A stretch of DNA of 64,000 bases. Origin: the human T2T-CHM13v2.0 reference genome, Homo sapiens. Positions 1 through 14,779 of the stretch are shown here, in pieces. Made by a program: the position numbers and the translations under genes. The notes under the pieces were generated by a model. The model was not told the DNA's origin. It did no database searches and saw only the letters and a list, made by a program, of their open reading frames with translations. The stretch is from the NCBI RefSeq assembly GCF_009914755.1, contig NC_060938.1, one strand, 5' to 3'. The first letter of the stretch is position 1. Each line of letters begins with the position of its first letter.

Positions 1-2000
1 AAGATAGAGATGTATTCCTCTTTTCAAACAGCTAGTCCTTGAGAATTAAGGGGCTCTTTAAATAGAAAAAGCTAATTGACACTTTTTCTTTATTTTGATG
101 TCAGAAATATGACATTTTAACCATAAACATTTATAGGATTTTAATGCCTCAGTTGTAAGCTCCTTCCAGAACAAATAAACATGTAGCTTTAAAAATATAC
201 TGACAGCAATTCCTAGGCAAGTCTTGGTTCTGGGTTGGGCTTAGAGCCAGTGGACTAGGGCAGCATGTGACCTAGAGAGACACCAGCTGGGGTGGCTAAG
301 GAAGTGCTTGTGCCACCCTCCCTTAACCCCAGGCAGCACAGCTTACAACAAAGAAAGTGACTCCTTCCTTCTGCTTGAGGAGAGGAGAGCAAAGAATAAA
401 GAGAACTTTGTCCTGTCTCTTGGATATCAGCTCAGCCACAATAGAATAGGGCACTGGGCAGAGTTGTGAGACTCCCATTCCAGGCCTTAGCTCCCAGATA
501 AATCTCTGTACATACCCAGGGCCAGAAGGGAACTCGCTGCCTTGAAGGGAAAGACCCAGTCCTGGCAGCATTCTGTACCTACTGACCAAAGAGCCCTTGG
601 GCACTGAATAACCAACAGAAATACCCAGGAGGTACTCCATGGGCTTTGGGTGAGCCTCTGAGATGTACTGGCTTCAGGTGAGGCTCAGCACATTCCCTGC
701 TGTCATAGCTATGATGAAAGACTCCTTCTGCTTGAGAAAAGCAGAGGGAAAGGTAAAGGGGACTTTGTCTCACACCTTAGGTATCAGCTTGCCCAAAGGC
801 AGGTAGAGCAACCATTGGGTCCTTGGGGTCCCCAAGTCCTGGCCTAGGCTCTTGGATGGCATTTCTGGACCTGCCCTGGGCCAGAGGGGAGCCCATTGCT
901 CTGCAGGATGAGTCCCTTTCCTGGCAGCATTCACCACAAGCTGACTGAAGAGTCCTCAGACTTTTAAGTGAACATTGGTGGTGGCTTGGCAGAACTCCCA
1001 AGGGCTGGTGGTGATGGTGGCCACTGGGAGAGGCTTCTTTGACTGTGGAAAGGGGAGGAAAGAGCAGGAAGAATTTGTCTTGCAGTTTGAGGGCCAGCTT
1101 AGCCACAGTAGAATGGAACACCGGTAGATTTCTAAGGTTTTTGACTCTAATCCATAGTAACATCTCTGGACCTGCCTGGAGCCAGGAGGAGGTCCTGCCC
1201 TAAAGGGAAAGACACAAACCTGTCTGTCTTCTCCACCTGCTGATTATAGATCCCTAGGGCCTTAAGCGAACATAGGCAATAGCCAGGTAGTAGTTACATT
1301 GAACCTTGGGTGAGATCCAGTGCTATGCAGGCTTCAGGTCTGATCCAGTGCAGTCCCAGTGGTGGCCACAGTGGTACTTGTGTCACCCCACTCTGAGCTC
1401 CAGGCAGCTCAGCACAGAAAAAGAGACTCCATTTGTTTGGGATAAAGTAAGGGCAGAGAACAAAAACCTCTGCCTAGTAATCCAGAGAATTCTTCCAGGT
1501 CTTATCCAAGATCATCAACAGAGTACCTTTATGAATCTGCAAGAACCACAGCATTATTGGGCTTGGGGCCTAAGTCCTTTGAATACCTGGAAAGCCTTTC
1601 CAAGAAAGACAGGCACAAACAAGCCCAGACTGTGAAGACTACAATAAATACCTAACTCTTCAATGCCCAGACACCAAAGAACATCCACAAGCATCAAGAC
1701 CATCCAGGAAAACATGACCTCACCAAACAAACTAAGTAAGACACCAGGACCAGTCCTGGAGAAACAGACATATGTGACCTTTCAGACAGAGAATTCAAAA
1801 TAGCTGTTTTGAGGAAATTCAAAGAAATTCAAGATAACACAGGGAAGGAATTCAGAATTCTATCAGATAAATTTAACAAAGAGATTGAAATAATAAAAAA
1901 GAAACAAGAAGAAATTCTGGAGTTGAAAAATGCAGCTGACACACTGAAGAATGCATCAGTCTCTTAATAGCAGAACTGATCAAGCAGAAGAATGAATTAT

Positions 2001-2108
2001 GCCAGGTGTGGTGGCTCACGCCTGTAATCCTGGCACTTTGGGAAACTGAGGCAAGAGGATCGCTTGAGCCCAGGAGTTTGAGATCAGCCTGGGCAACACA
2101 GCAAGACT
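2001..2108 (+). mobile_element. Alu left monomer (AluJ/FLAM-like)
   Basis: gccaggtgtggtggctcacgcctgtaatcc...gagcccaggagtttgag...agcaagac. Confidence 0.85.
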
Positions 2109-2116
2109 ACACACAC

Positions 2117-2188
<72 letters not shown>

Positions 2189-2263
2189 CATCTATATATA
2201 TACATCTATATATATATACACATACATCTATATATATACATCTATATATATATATAGATATAT
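2109..2263. repeat. Compound microsatellite (CA)n(CT)n(TA)n with TACATC interruptions
   Basis: Directly visible. Confidence 0.95.
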
Positions 2264-2361
2264 GAAATCTTGTAGGCATGCTTCATTATTTTTTATTCTT
2301 TTTTTCTTTTGTCTCTTCTGACTGCATTTTCAAATAGCCTATCTTCAAGCTCACTAATTCT
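2264..2361 (-). mobile_element. Inverted L1 ORF1 fragment
   Basis: Reverse complement agaattagtgagcttgaagataggctatttgaaaat... is the expected continuation of ORF1 after 1999. Confidence 0.8.
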
Positions 2362-2982
2362 AAAGGCCAATATCACTGATTAATATTGATGCAAAAATCC
2401 TCAACAAAATACTAGCAAACTGAATTCAACAACATATTAGAAAGATCATTCATCATGGTCAAGCTTTATCCCAGGGATGCAAAGATGTTTCAGCATATGC
2501 AAATCAATCAATGTGATACATCACATCAGTAGAATGAAGGACACAAACCATATGTTCATTTCAATTGATGCTGAAAAAGCATATGATAAAATTCAGCATT
2601 GCTTCATGATAAAAATCCTCCACAAACTAGGTATAGAAGGAACATACCTCAGCATAATAAAAGCCAATTACAACAGACCCACAGCTATTATCATAATGAA
2701 TGGGGAAAATGGAAAGTCTTTCCTCCAAGATCTGGAACATGACAAAGAGGCTCACTTTCAGCACCATTATTCAGCAAAGTACTAGAAGTCCTAGCTAGAG
2801 CAATCAGGCAAGAGAAAAAAATAAAGGGCATCCAAATTGGAAAGGAAGAAATAAAATTATCCTGGTTTTCAGATGATATGATCTTATATTTGGAAAATTT
2901 AGATTCCACCAAAAAAACTATCAGAACTGACAAACTTAGTAAAGTTGCAGGATACAAAACCAGCATACAAAATTCAGTAGCA

Positions 2983-3271
<289 letters not shown>

Positions 3272-4674
3272 AAAATTCAGTAACATTTCTATATGCCAAC
3301 AGTGAACAATCTGAAAAACAAATTAAAAAAAAAAATCCCATTTACAATAGCCACAAATAAAATTAAATACATGAGAATTAACTTATCCAAAGAAGTGAAG
3401 GAGCTCTACAATGAAAACTGCAAACCTACAAAACACTGATGAAAAAATTGAAGAGGGCATTAAAAAAATGGAAAGATATTCCATGTTCATGGATTGGAAG
3501 AATTGAAATTGTTAAAAGGTCCATACTACCCAAAGCAATCTAAAGACTCAATGCAATCCCTATCAAAACACCAATGATGTTTTTCACAGAAATAGAAAAA
3601 AATTCTAAAATTTAAATGGAACCACAAAAGACCCAAAATAGCCAAAGCTATCCTAAGCAAAAAGAACAAAACTGGAGGAATCACATTACCTTACTTCAGA
3701 TTATGCTACAGAGCTACAGTAACCAAAACTGCATAATACTTGCATAAAAGCAGACATGTAGGCCAATGGAACAGAACAGAGAACCCAGACACAAATCTAT
3801 GCACCTACAGTGAACTAATTTTTGACAAAGGTGCCAAGAACATACATTGGGGAAAGGACAGTCTCTTTAATAAATAGTGCTGGGAAAATTGGATATCCAT
3901 ATGCAGAAGGATGAAACTAGACCCCTATCTCTTGCCACATACAAACATCAAATCAAAGTGGGTTAAAGACTCAAATGTAAGAGCTCAAACTATGAAACTA
4001 TTACAAGAAAATATTGGGGAGGTTCTCCAGGACATTGATCTGGGCAAAAATTTTCTTGAGTAATACTCTATAGGTACAGACAACCAAAGCAAAAATGGAC
4101 AAGTGGGATTACATTAAGTTAAAAAGGTTCTGCACAGCAAAGGAAACAATCAACCAAGTGAAGAGTCAATCCACTGAATGGGAGAAAATATTTGCAAACT
4201 ACCCATCTGACAAGGGATTAATGACGAGAATATATAAGGAGCTCAAACAACTCTGTAGGAAAAAATCTGAATAGACATTTCTCAAAAGAAGACATGCAAA
4301 TGGCAAACAGACATATGAAAAGGTGCTCAACATCACTGATCATCAGAGAAATACAAATCAAAACTACAATGAGATAACATTTCACTCCAGTTAAAATGGC
4401 ATTTATGCTGCTGAGGATGTGGAGAAAAGGAAACCCTTGTATACTCTTGGTGGGAATGTAAGTTAGTAGAACCACTATAGAAAACAGTATGGAGGTTCCT
4501 CAAAAAACTAAAAATATAGCTACCATATGATCCAGCAATCCCACTGCTGGGTATATATCGAAAAGAAAGAAAATCAGTATATTGAGGAAATACCTGCACT
4601 CCCATGTTTTTTGCAGCACTGTTCATAATAGCCAAGATTTGGAAGCAACCTAAGTGTCCATTAACAGATGAATG

Positions 4675-5050
<376 letters not shown>

Positions 5051-5309
5051 CTACTCAGTCATTAAAAAAGAATGAGATCCTATTATTTGCAACAACCTGG
5101 ATGAACTGGAGATCATTATCTAAGGGACATAAGCCAGGCACAGAAAGACAAACATCACATGTTCTCGTTTATTTATGGGAGTTAAAAATTAAAACAACTG
5201 GACTGATGGATAGTGAATAGAAGGATGGTTACCAGAGGGTGGGAAGGATAGTGGGACAGCTAGGGGGAAGTAGGAATAGTTAATGGGTACAAAAAGTACT
5301 CAGTGTCTA

Positions 5310-5458
5310 CCAGGCTGGTGTCAAACTCCTGACCTCAAGTGATCCACTCATCTTGGCCTCCCAACGTGCTGGAAATACAGGCATGAGCCACTATACCTGG
5401 CCTTTTTTTTTTTTTTTAATTTGATATGAGGTCTCTCCCTATCACCCAGGCCCCAGTC
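5310..5458 (-). mobile_element. Chimeric Alu fragment (Alu 5' end / poly-T / Alu 3' end) inside the L1 3'UTR
   Basis: Matches the Alu-Alu junction at 7197-7351, including the non-consensus ccaggcccca(g/a)tc. Confidence 0.8.
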
Positions 5459-5536
5459 AAAAAGAATAAGTAAGACCTACTATTTGATAGCACAACAGGG
5501 TAACTATAATCAATAATAACTTAATTGTACATTTTA

Positions 5537-6068
<532 letters not shown>

Positions 6069-6120
6069 TATAGTTGGATTGTTTGTAACACAAAGGATAA
6101 ATGCTTCAGGGGATGGATAA

Positions 6121-6435
<315 letters not shown>

Positions 6436-6552
6436 AGATACCCCATTTATCATGATGTGATTACTACACATTGCATGCTTCCATCAAAGTATCTCATGTA
6501 CCCCATAAATAAATATATACACCTACCGTGTACCCGCAAAGAATTTTTTAAA

Positions 6553-6915
6553 AATGAAGTACTGATAAATACTATAACATGGATGAACCTTGAAAACATT
6601 ATGCTAAGTGAAAGAAGAAAAACACAGGAGGTTACATATTGTTTGATCCATTTATGTGAAATATCCAGACTAGGCAAATCTATAGAGACAAAAAGTAGAT
6701 CAGTGGCTACCAGAGGCTGGAGAGAAGGAGAAATGGGAAGTGCCTGCTAATGGGGTGTCTTTTGGGGATGATAAAATGTTCTAAAATTAGACTATAGTCA
6801 TAGCTGCACAACTCTGTGAATATATTAAAGACAATTAAATTATATACTTTGGTGAAATTTATGGTATGTTCATTATATTTCACATCAGTGAAACTGTTAA
6901 AAGTAAAAATAAAAA
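6553..6915 (+). mobile_element. L1MB-like 3' end
   Basis: atggatgaaccttgaaaacattatgctaagtgaaagaag...aaaagtagatcagtgg. Confidence 0.8.
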
Positions 6916-6968
6916 TATACTGACAGTGGGTTACTCTCATTAGTTAAATGGCCTAAGGCAGAATTTCT

Positions 6969-7288
6969 TTTTTCTTTCTTTTTTTTTTTTGTTTTTTCAC
7001 TTCTTTTTTTTTTTTTGAGATGGAGTCTCACTCTGTCACCCAGGCTAGAGTGCAGCGGCGTGATCTTGACTCACTGGAACCTCCCCAGGTTCAAGCAATT
7101 CTGCTGCCTCAGCCTCCCAAGTACCTGGGATTACAGGTACCACCACGCCCGGCTAATTTTTGTATTTTTAGTAGAGATGGGATTTTGGCATGTTGGTCAG
7201 AATGGTCTCGAACTCCTGACCTCAAGTGATCAACCTGCCTCAGCCTACCAAAATGTTGGGATTACAGGCGTGAGCCACTGTGCCTGGC
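6969..7288 (-). mobile_element. AluS inserted in the tail of the adjacent AluJ
   Basis: Antisense Alu; one TSD (gcagaatttc) brackets both Alus. Confidence 0.9.
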
Positions 7289-7605
7289 CTTTTTGTTTTG
7301 TTTCGTTTTATATTTGAGATGAGGTCTCACTCTGTCACCCAGGCCCCAATCTGGTACACAGTGGCACGATCTTGGCTCCCTGCAGCCTCCACCTCCTGGG
7401 CTCAAGTGATCCTCCCACCTCAGCCTCCAGAGTAGTTGGGACCACAGGTGCCCATCACCACACTCGGTTAATTTTTTGTATTTTTCATAGAGATGGGGTC
7501 TTGCTATGTTGCCCAGATTGGTCTTGAACTCCTGAGCTCAAGCGATCTGCTAGCCTCGGCCTCCCAAAGTGCTGGGACTACAGTCATGAGCCACCACGCC
7601 TGGCC
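7289..7605 (-). mobile_element. AluJ
   Basis: ctgggctcaagtgatcctcccacc diagnostic. Confidence 0.9.
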
Positions 7606-8436
7606 ATAATGCAGAATTTCATACTGTTAGACACATGTTAAAACACAGCAATTCTGAATGCAAGACTTTTTGTCCTCTCCATGCCCAAATACCCTCATAG
7701 GTAGTTTCCACAAAAATCAGAACTGTATTTATATCTTATATTAGCTTCAATACTACTAACTTAAAGTGCCTGAAATAGTTGCTTTTTTATATCTGTTGTT
7801 GAGATGGCAACAACATGTTGAGATGGCATTTATATCTGTTGTTATTATACCTTTATTCTTAAAATGAAGAAGGATCAAAAATATTTTCTATAGCTGTTTG
7901 GGGTAACAATCAAGCATCATTGCTCATACTGTATGAGCAATGTAAGGCTCCGTGAACACAGGTACAGGTGTAAAGGGTAGGAGAGTAATACAGTCACAGA
8001 TATTTTATGAGAATAAGGTAATTATGATATGTCAGAAATGAGTAGGTCAGAAACTCTAATGTAATGAATAAAAGCAAATACTATCTGTAATTAAGACACT
8101 TTAAGATCAAGGAACTTAAACAAAGTCTTCAAAGCCTTCAAGATGTGATAAATTCCTTAGGTGGGACTGTATGATACATACTTTGTTCTCAATTATTCTG
8201 TATTTAATACCATGTATTGAATACAAGTACTGAATATTTACTGGTGATACCTCTCTAGAGGTAGGTAGACTATCAGTGCAGGTCATAAGCCAAATTTCTC
8301 AAGTTATGTTTCGTGGCTTTGAAAAATTTCTGTTTCCTATTTCTCTTTCTCCGAGTTATATTTCACATTGCTATGACCTTGTCATTTTATGACTTCATTT
8401 TATTGCTAGTCAATAACCGTGAGTGATTAAAATTAT

Positions 8437-8754
8437 TTCTTTTCTTTTCTTTTTCTTTTTTTTTTTTTTTTTTTGAGATGGAGTCTCATTCTGTAGCCCA
8501 GGCTGGAATGCAGTGGTGCAATCTCGGCTCACTGCAACCTCTGCCTCCTAGGTTCAAGCGATTCTGCTGCCTCAGCCTCCTGAGTAGCTGGGACTACAAG
8601 CGCCCACCACCACACTTGGTTAATTTTTGTATTTTTAGTAGAGACAGGGTTTCACCCTGTTGGCCAGGCTGGTCTCTAACTCCAGACCTCAAGTGATCCT
8701 CCTGCCTCGGCCTCCCAAAGTGCTGCAATTATAGGCATGAACCAGCGCCCAACC
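8437..8754 (-). mobile_element. AluS
   Basis: Full antisense Alu. Confidence 0.95.
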
Positions 8755-9395
8755 TAAAACTATCTTTTCAATTTATCTGTTCTGAATAATGCCTCATCAA
8801 TGACTACTCATGGTTGAGTTAGATCACAAATCATTTGAGGTTGTGACCAGCTGCCAGTAACATTATTAGAGCTGACTTGTTTGGTTAACTTTGCTGAACA
8901 ACTCAATCTGTGCTCACACATATGGAAGTATAGGCTATAGTAACTGCTCTTGCAGTAAAATAGTGTTGGGTGTATTTTAGAATTTAGCATTTATTGTCTT
9001 TACTTATTCTAAATAAATTACTTGCTATGTCATTAGCTAGGATATGGCACATGAGGTGTTTTAGCAATTGTTAGCTATGGTTTACCCAACTATTAGAGAT
9101 AAAATTAACTATTTCATTGTTTACCAGGTCTGAGTTTGATTTTTTAAGAATATTAGATTTTAGCAGTACTCATAAAAAATGGGCAACTTTTAAAAAGAAA
9201 TGTGGACATTTTATTTACATTTTTTTACCATACATGTATTACATTTGTGATTAAAGATTTACATTTGTTTTTATGTTAGAGCAATTGTGTAGATAATGCT
9301 GCAAATAATCACATAGTATGTACTTCCCCTAAAGGGGTAACTATTTCTTGGTCCAAATAATTTTTATCACTTACCTTAGATTAGACTCAGAACTA

Positions 9396-9563
9396 GGGCA
9401 AAATATAGGGTGTCCACTTAAGCCTGAACTTTGGCTAAATAACAAATAATTTTTTAGTGTGTCTTAAATATTAAATGGGACTTATCCTAAAAAATTCATT
9501 ATTTCTCTGAAATTCAGTTTTAACTAGGTATCTCATATTTTTATTTACTAAATCTGGCAACCC
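9396..9563. mobile_element. MER53-like hAT MITE
   Basis: Ends in the TIR ...aaatctggcaaccct; internal palindromic AT-rich core. Confidence 0.7.
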
Positions 9564-10073
9564 TACACTGAACACATTAGATTCTGACAAATAAAATAGC
9601 TACCTGCAATATATAATAAAACATTTTTAAAGTGGGAAAAATAAGTAAGAAATGAGGACTTCTATTCTGACAGCATGGTTGATTAGATAGCCTGAACAAC
9701 ACTCATATGAGAACAACCACAAATACTGGATAAAATATGAAACATTTTTCAATGCATTGCTGAGCTGGCAAGACTGTAAGGAATTTCTGAAGTCAAAAAC
9801 AAAGGGAAAGTGAGAATCAGAGAGGCAAGTAGAGCAGTTTTCATCTCAAGGGTAACTGCTGAATCCTGGTGACAATAAGCTTCAGATTTGACAACCACAC
9901 AGACACGAGACAGGAGATGAAACCCAGGGCCCAATAAAAGTGGGGAGTCTAATGGGAGTGCTTGTAAAAATGTTGGGCAAAAAAAAAAAACAAACCTATA
10001 TTTTTAGGTTAAGGGCGAACTAGACATACCTGCCTCACAAAAGGGGACAATAAAAAACCTTGTCTGTCTCCAG

Positions 10074-10533
10074 TATGAAAGGAGAATCAATCTTGGGGCC
10101 CCCAAATCGCTAAGCTAAAGGGAAAAATCAAGCTGGGAACTGCTTAGGGCCAACCTGCCTCCCATTCTATTGAAAGTCACCCCTGTGCTCACTGACATAA
10201 ATGCATATTTGATTGCCTCCTTTGGAGGGGCGAATCAGAAACTCTAAAGAATGCAACTATTTGTCCCTTATTTACCTATGACCTGGAAGCCCCCTCCCAG
10301 CTTCGAGTATTCCTGCCTTTGCTTTGAGTTGTCCCGCCTTTCTAGACCAATCCAATGTTCATCTTGCATATGTTGATTGATGTCTCATATCTCCCCAAAA
10401 TGCATAAAACCAAACTGTGCTCTGACCTCCTTGGGCACATGTCTGAGGCTGTGTCACGGGCATGTGTCCTCAACCTTGGCAAAATAAACTTTCTAAATTA
10501 ACTGAGACCTGTCTCAGATTTTTGGGGTTCACA
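10074..10533 (+). mobile_element. MER4A-type ERV1 solo LTR
   Basis: t(a/g)tgaaagg...cttggggcccccaaatc...aataaactttc...ggggttcaca; 4-bp TSD ccag at 10070-10073 and 10534-10537. Confidence 0.9.
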
Positions 10534-10608
10534 CCAGCTTGATGCTAGATGGAAGGGGAAAAAAATTTCTCCCTGAGAATTCACATCCACAAGCCAATCT
10601 TCATGTGA

Positions 10609-10930
<322 letters not shown>

Positions 10931-12990
10931 TTTTCAGCCTAAATTAATACCACCTACATGTCCTGAAAACCTCAAGTCAATTTTTTAAAGTGATCCTGGC
11001 TACTAAGTGAATGAAGTACCTGGAAGAAGCAAATATAAATATTCTTTCAAGAAACCTACTTTTAACCCAAATCTGAAAGAATTTCCACTGAAGAGATTCC
11101 AAGTAATACAAATGTATTGTAAAACAAACAAAATTACAACAAAACAAAACAAAACAAAACACAGGAAGCAAAGCACCATGATCAAGAGCCAGCAGAAACA
11201 ACAGACTATAGCACCAAATCTGTAAATATTTCACATATTGGGATTATCAGATATGGATCCTATTCTATCCTGCTCTATTCTATTACATTCTTACTTAAAA
11301 CATTTAAAGAAATTAAAACTTCTAGAAATAAAAAAATGAAATTAAAAATTCAACTTCATACTGCAAAAGAGAAATTGGAAGCTGGAGCTGAAAAAATTAA
11401 GCAGGGGGCAGCAATTAAAGACAGGAATACGGAAAATACGAAAGAGATGGTAAGAAACGTAAAGTGAAAAGATCTAACATATGCCTAATGGGAGTTCCAA
11501 AAGGAAAGTAGAGAGGAAATAAAGCTGAGCCAATATTTGAAAAGTTAATGGCTGAGAATTTTCCAGAAGTGATGAAAAACACCAATCCTCAAATTCAAGT
11601 TTTCTGATATATCCCAAGTAGCATCAATAAAAAGAAATCCACATCACAGGGTGTGACTTTCCACCAGTGAAATTGTGGAGCAACAATAAGAGAGGAGATA
11701 TGAAAAGCACCCAGAACGAAGGACAGATTACTTGTAAGGGATGACTGATGGCTAAATTCTCAGCAGAAAAAATAACTGTCGATCTAAAATTGCATATCTT
11801 GTGAAATGATTTTTCAAGAATGAAGGAAAAAATACATTTTCATATAAACAAAAACTATATGAGCTTACCACCAAGAGTCCTGTACCAACGGGAATTCTAA
11901 AGGATATCATCGACACAAATGAAATATAGCTCCAGATCAGAGGTCTGAGACATAAGAAGGAATCACAAGGAAAGAAACAGAAAGGTATGTGGGTCAATTT
12001 TCTGGTATGTTATTTGTGGAGCTAAAAAAGAACTAATTTATAAGCTATCTAAGGTATTTGTATTGTTTTGATGGGTTTTTATTTAAAACAGCTATATCTA
12101 TATCTATATGTATCTATATATCTATATATCTGTTCCTTATTCCTTTGGAGTAAGGAAATGGAGGCAGAAACAGAGGGAACTCAGTTCAAAAAAAGGCAAG
12201 AAAGGAGAAAACAGAAAAAGTGTGACAGATAAGAAGTGACAGTGGTGGGAACTGGATGGTATCCAGGCTTGAAGGTGCTGAGATTTGGCTGCCTGGGGCC
12301 AGCGGGGAGGGGAAGCTGAGCTTCAGCATGGTCCTGGAAACTAGGAGTAGTTCCCTACTGGGACACCACTCCTGCCTCAGGGGCTGGCTTGGCAAGAGTA
12401 TAGTGATCCAGGGTGCAATGCCCAAACAGCCAGCACGCTCAAGCATGTTTGGGTATCATTAGTCCCAGAAAACCCAGTGCAGAGTGGCATCTGCTTCAGG
12501 AGAGCTGTTGCTGTTAGGCAGTCCTGCGCTGGGGGTGGGAGTGGGGGATGCAGAGAGCTTGAGAAGGGAAGCTAGCTGCAGTTGTTTCAGGGTTCAGAGA
12601 GGGCCACTGCGCTGCAGGGAGACAGCAGTGTGACAGGGCAGGGTACCTGGGCAGGAGCTAAGGGGAGAATCCAGTCTGGTTGATGGTGCAGAATGTTTGA
12701 GGAGCCCTGCAAGACCCAGTCTGGGGGTTTGGTCTCTGGTTTCCAGGTACTGAGGAAGATTGAGACAGAGGAGGAAGGCTAAAAGAATGTCATCTTTCTA
12801 TTGTCATCTCTCCTTTCCAATTACTCTCCCTCTAGGTCAGAAGCATTTCTATGTGCTTTTTCTACTGGTAAATCTACATTAAGAGACCTTCAGTTTTCAG
12901 AAATTGCCCCTGTCTTTTCATTACAATTCTAGGTATGAATTTTTACCTCAGTAAGGTTGTAAGTAGGCAACAAAACCATATCAGCCGTAA

Positions 12991-13283
<293 letters not shown>

Positions 13284-13542
13284 TTTTTGTTTGTTTTTAA
13301 GTATATCTTTTCTGTAGGCAACAACCAAGTGGCAAAGTAAGTACTTTTAACACTATTTACTAATAGGCTTGTGGAAATCATTATCAACCTAAAGAAATAC
13401 AACTACTGTAAGAAAGCTTTGCTGGTAAAAGGAAACAAAAATAGTGTCACTAGAAGTTGCATTTTTCTGTGGAAATGTGATACCATCTATAAGAAAATAT
13501 TAAATCCTTAAAAAAAACAAAAACAAAAAAAACTAGCAGTTC

Positions 13543-13853
<311 letters not shown>

Positions 13854-13881
13854 AAACTAGCAGTTCTGAGAGCCCCAAGAA

Positions 13882-14070
13882 CCATTCATTTATTCACTCA
13901 ACATTTACTATGTGCCTTTTCTATGCCAGAGACTGTGCTGTTGATAAAGTGAATGAAACATGGTTCTAGACTTTGAAAGACTTACTGCTAGTAGAGGGAG
14001 AGAAATATGTAAAAAAATAGCTAACAACAACAAAAAATCATAATTCTAATAAAATGCTTTCATGAATGAA
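13882..14070 (-). mobile_element. L2 3' end fragment
   Basis: cattcatttattcactcaacatttactatgtgcc...ctatgccagagactgtgct. Confidence 0.65.
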
Positions 14071-14077
14071 TAGACAA

Positions 14078-14300
14078 GAGCTAACATTTATTGTCAAGCA
14101 CTATATAAAGTGCTCTATATCAACAATCAAATTCAATAATCAAAGTATTGATAATCAAATTCAACCCATATGACAGGCATATGTGGTGAGTGCTATTATT
14201 TTCTTCATTTTATTGATGAAGAAACTGAGCTCAGAGAGGTTTAAAGATGTGCCTGAGTTAGTAAGTAGTAGAGTTGGATTCAAACCAGTGATCTCTAGCA
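14078..14300 (-). mobile_element. MIR
   Basis: Core cattttattgatgaagaaactgagctcagagaggtt. Confidence 0.75.
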
Positions 14301-14345
14301 GTTGAGGAAAAGTCCGTGAGAACATGACTCTCAAAAAACAATTAG

Positions 14346-14571
<226 letters not shown>

Positions 14572-14779
14572 TTAGGTATTTCCTGGTATGAAGGCTGGAG
14601 GAGATGAGTGAGGGTAGGGCAGTCCTGGAAAGAGAGAAGATGGTGCAAGGGTTTGGGAGACAGGACCCCTGGGGTCTGTTAGGGATGCAGGGAGCAATTG
14701 GTGGAGCATTGGGTGACGGGTGGGGTGGAGAGGGGAGAGAAGGCTGCAGAAGCAGCAGGGCCCAGAGCACAGGCCCCTT

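Noticed and set aside
323-1635. ORFs in the L1 5'UTR as ORF0-like peptides
   Set aside because: ORF0 is described for young L1PA 5'UTRs; this is an older, different 5'UTR and the ORFs show no recognisable similarity.
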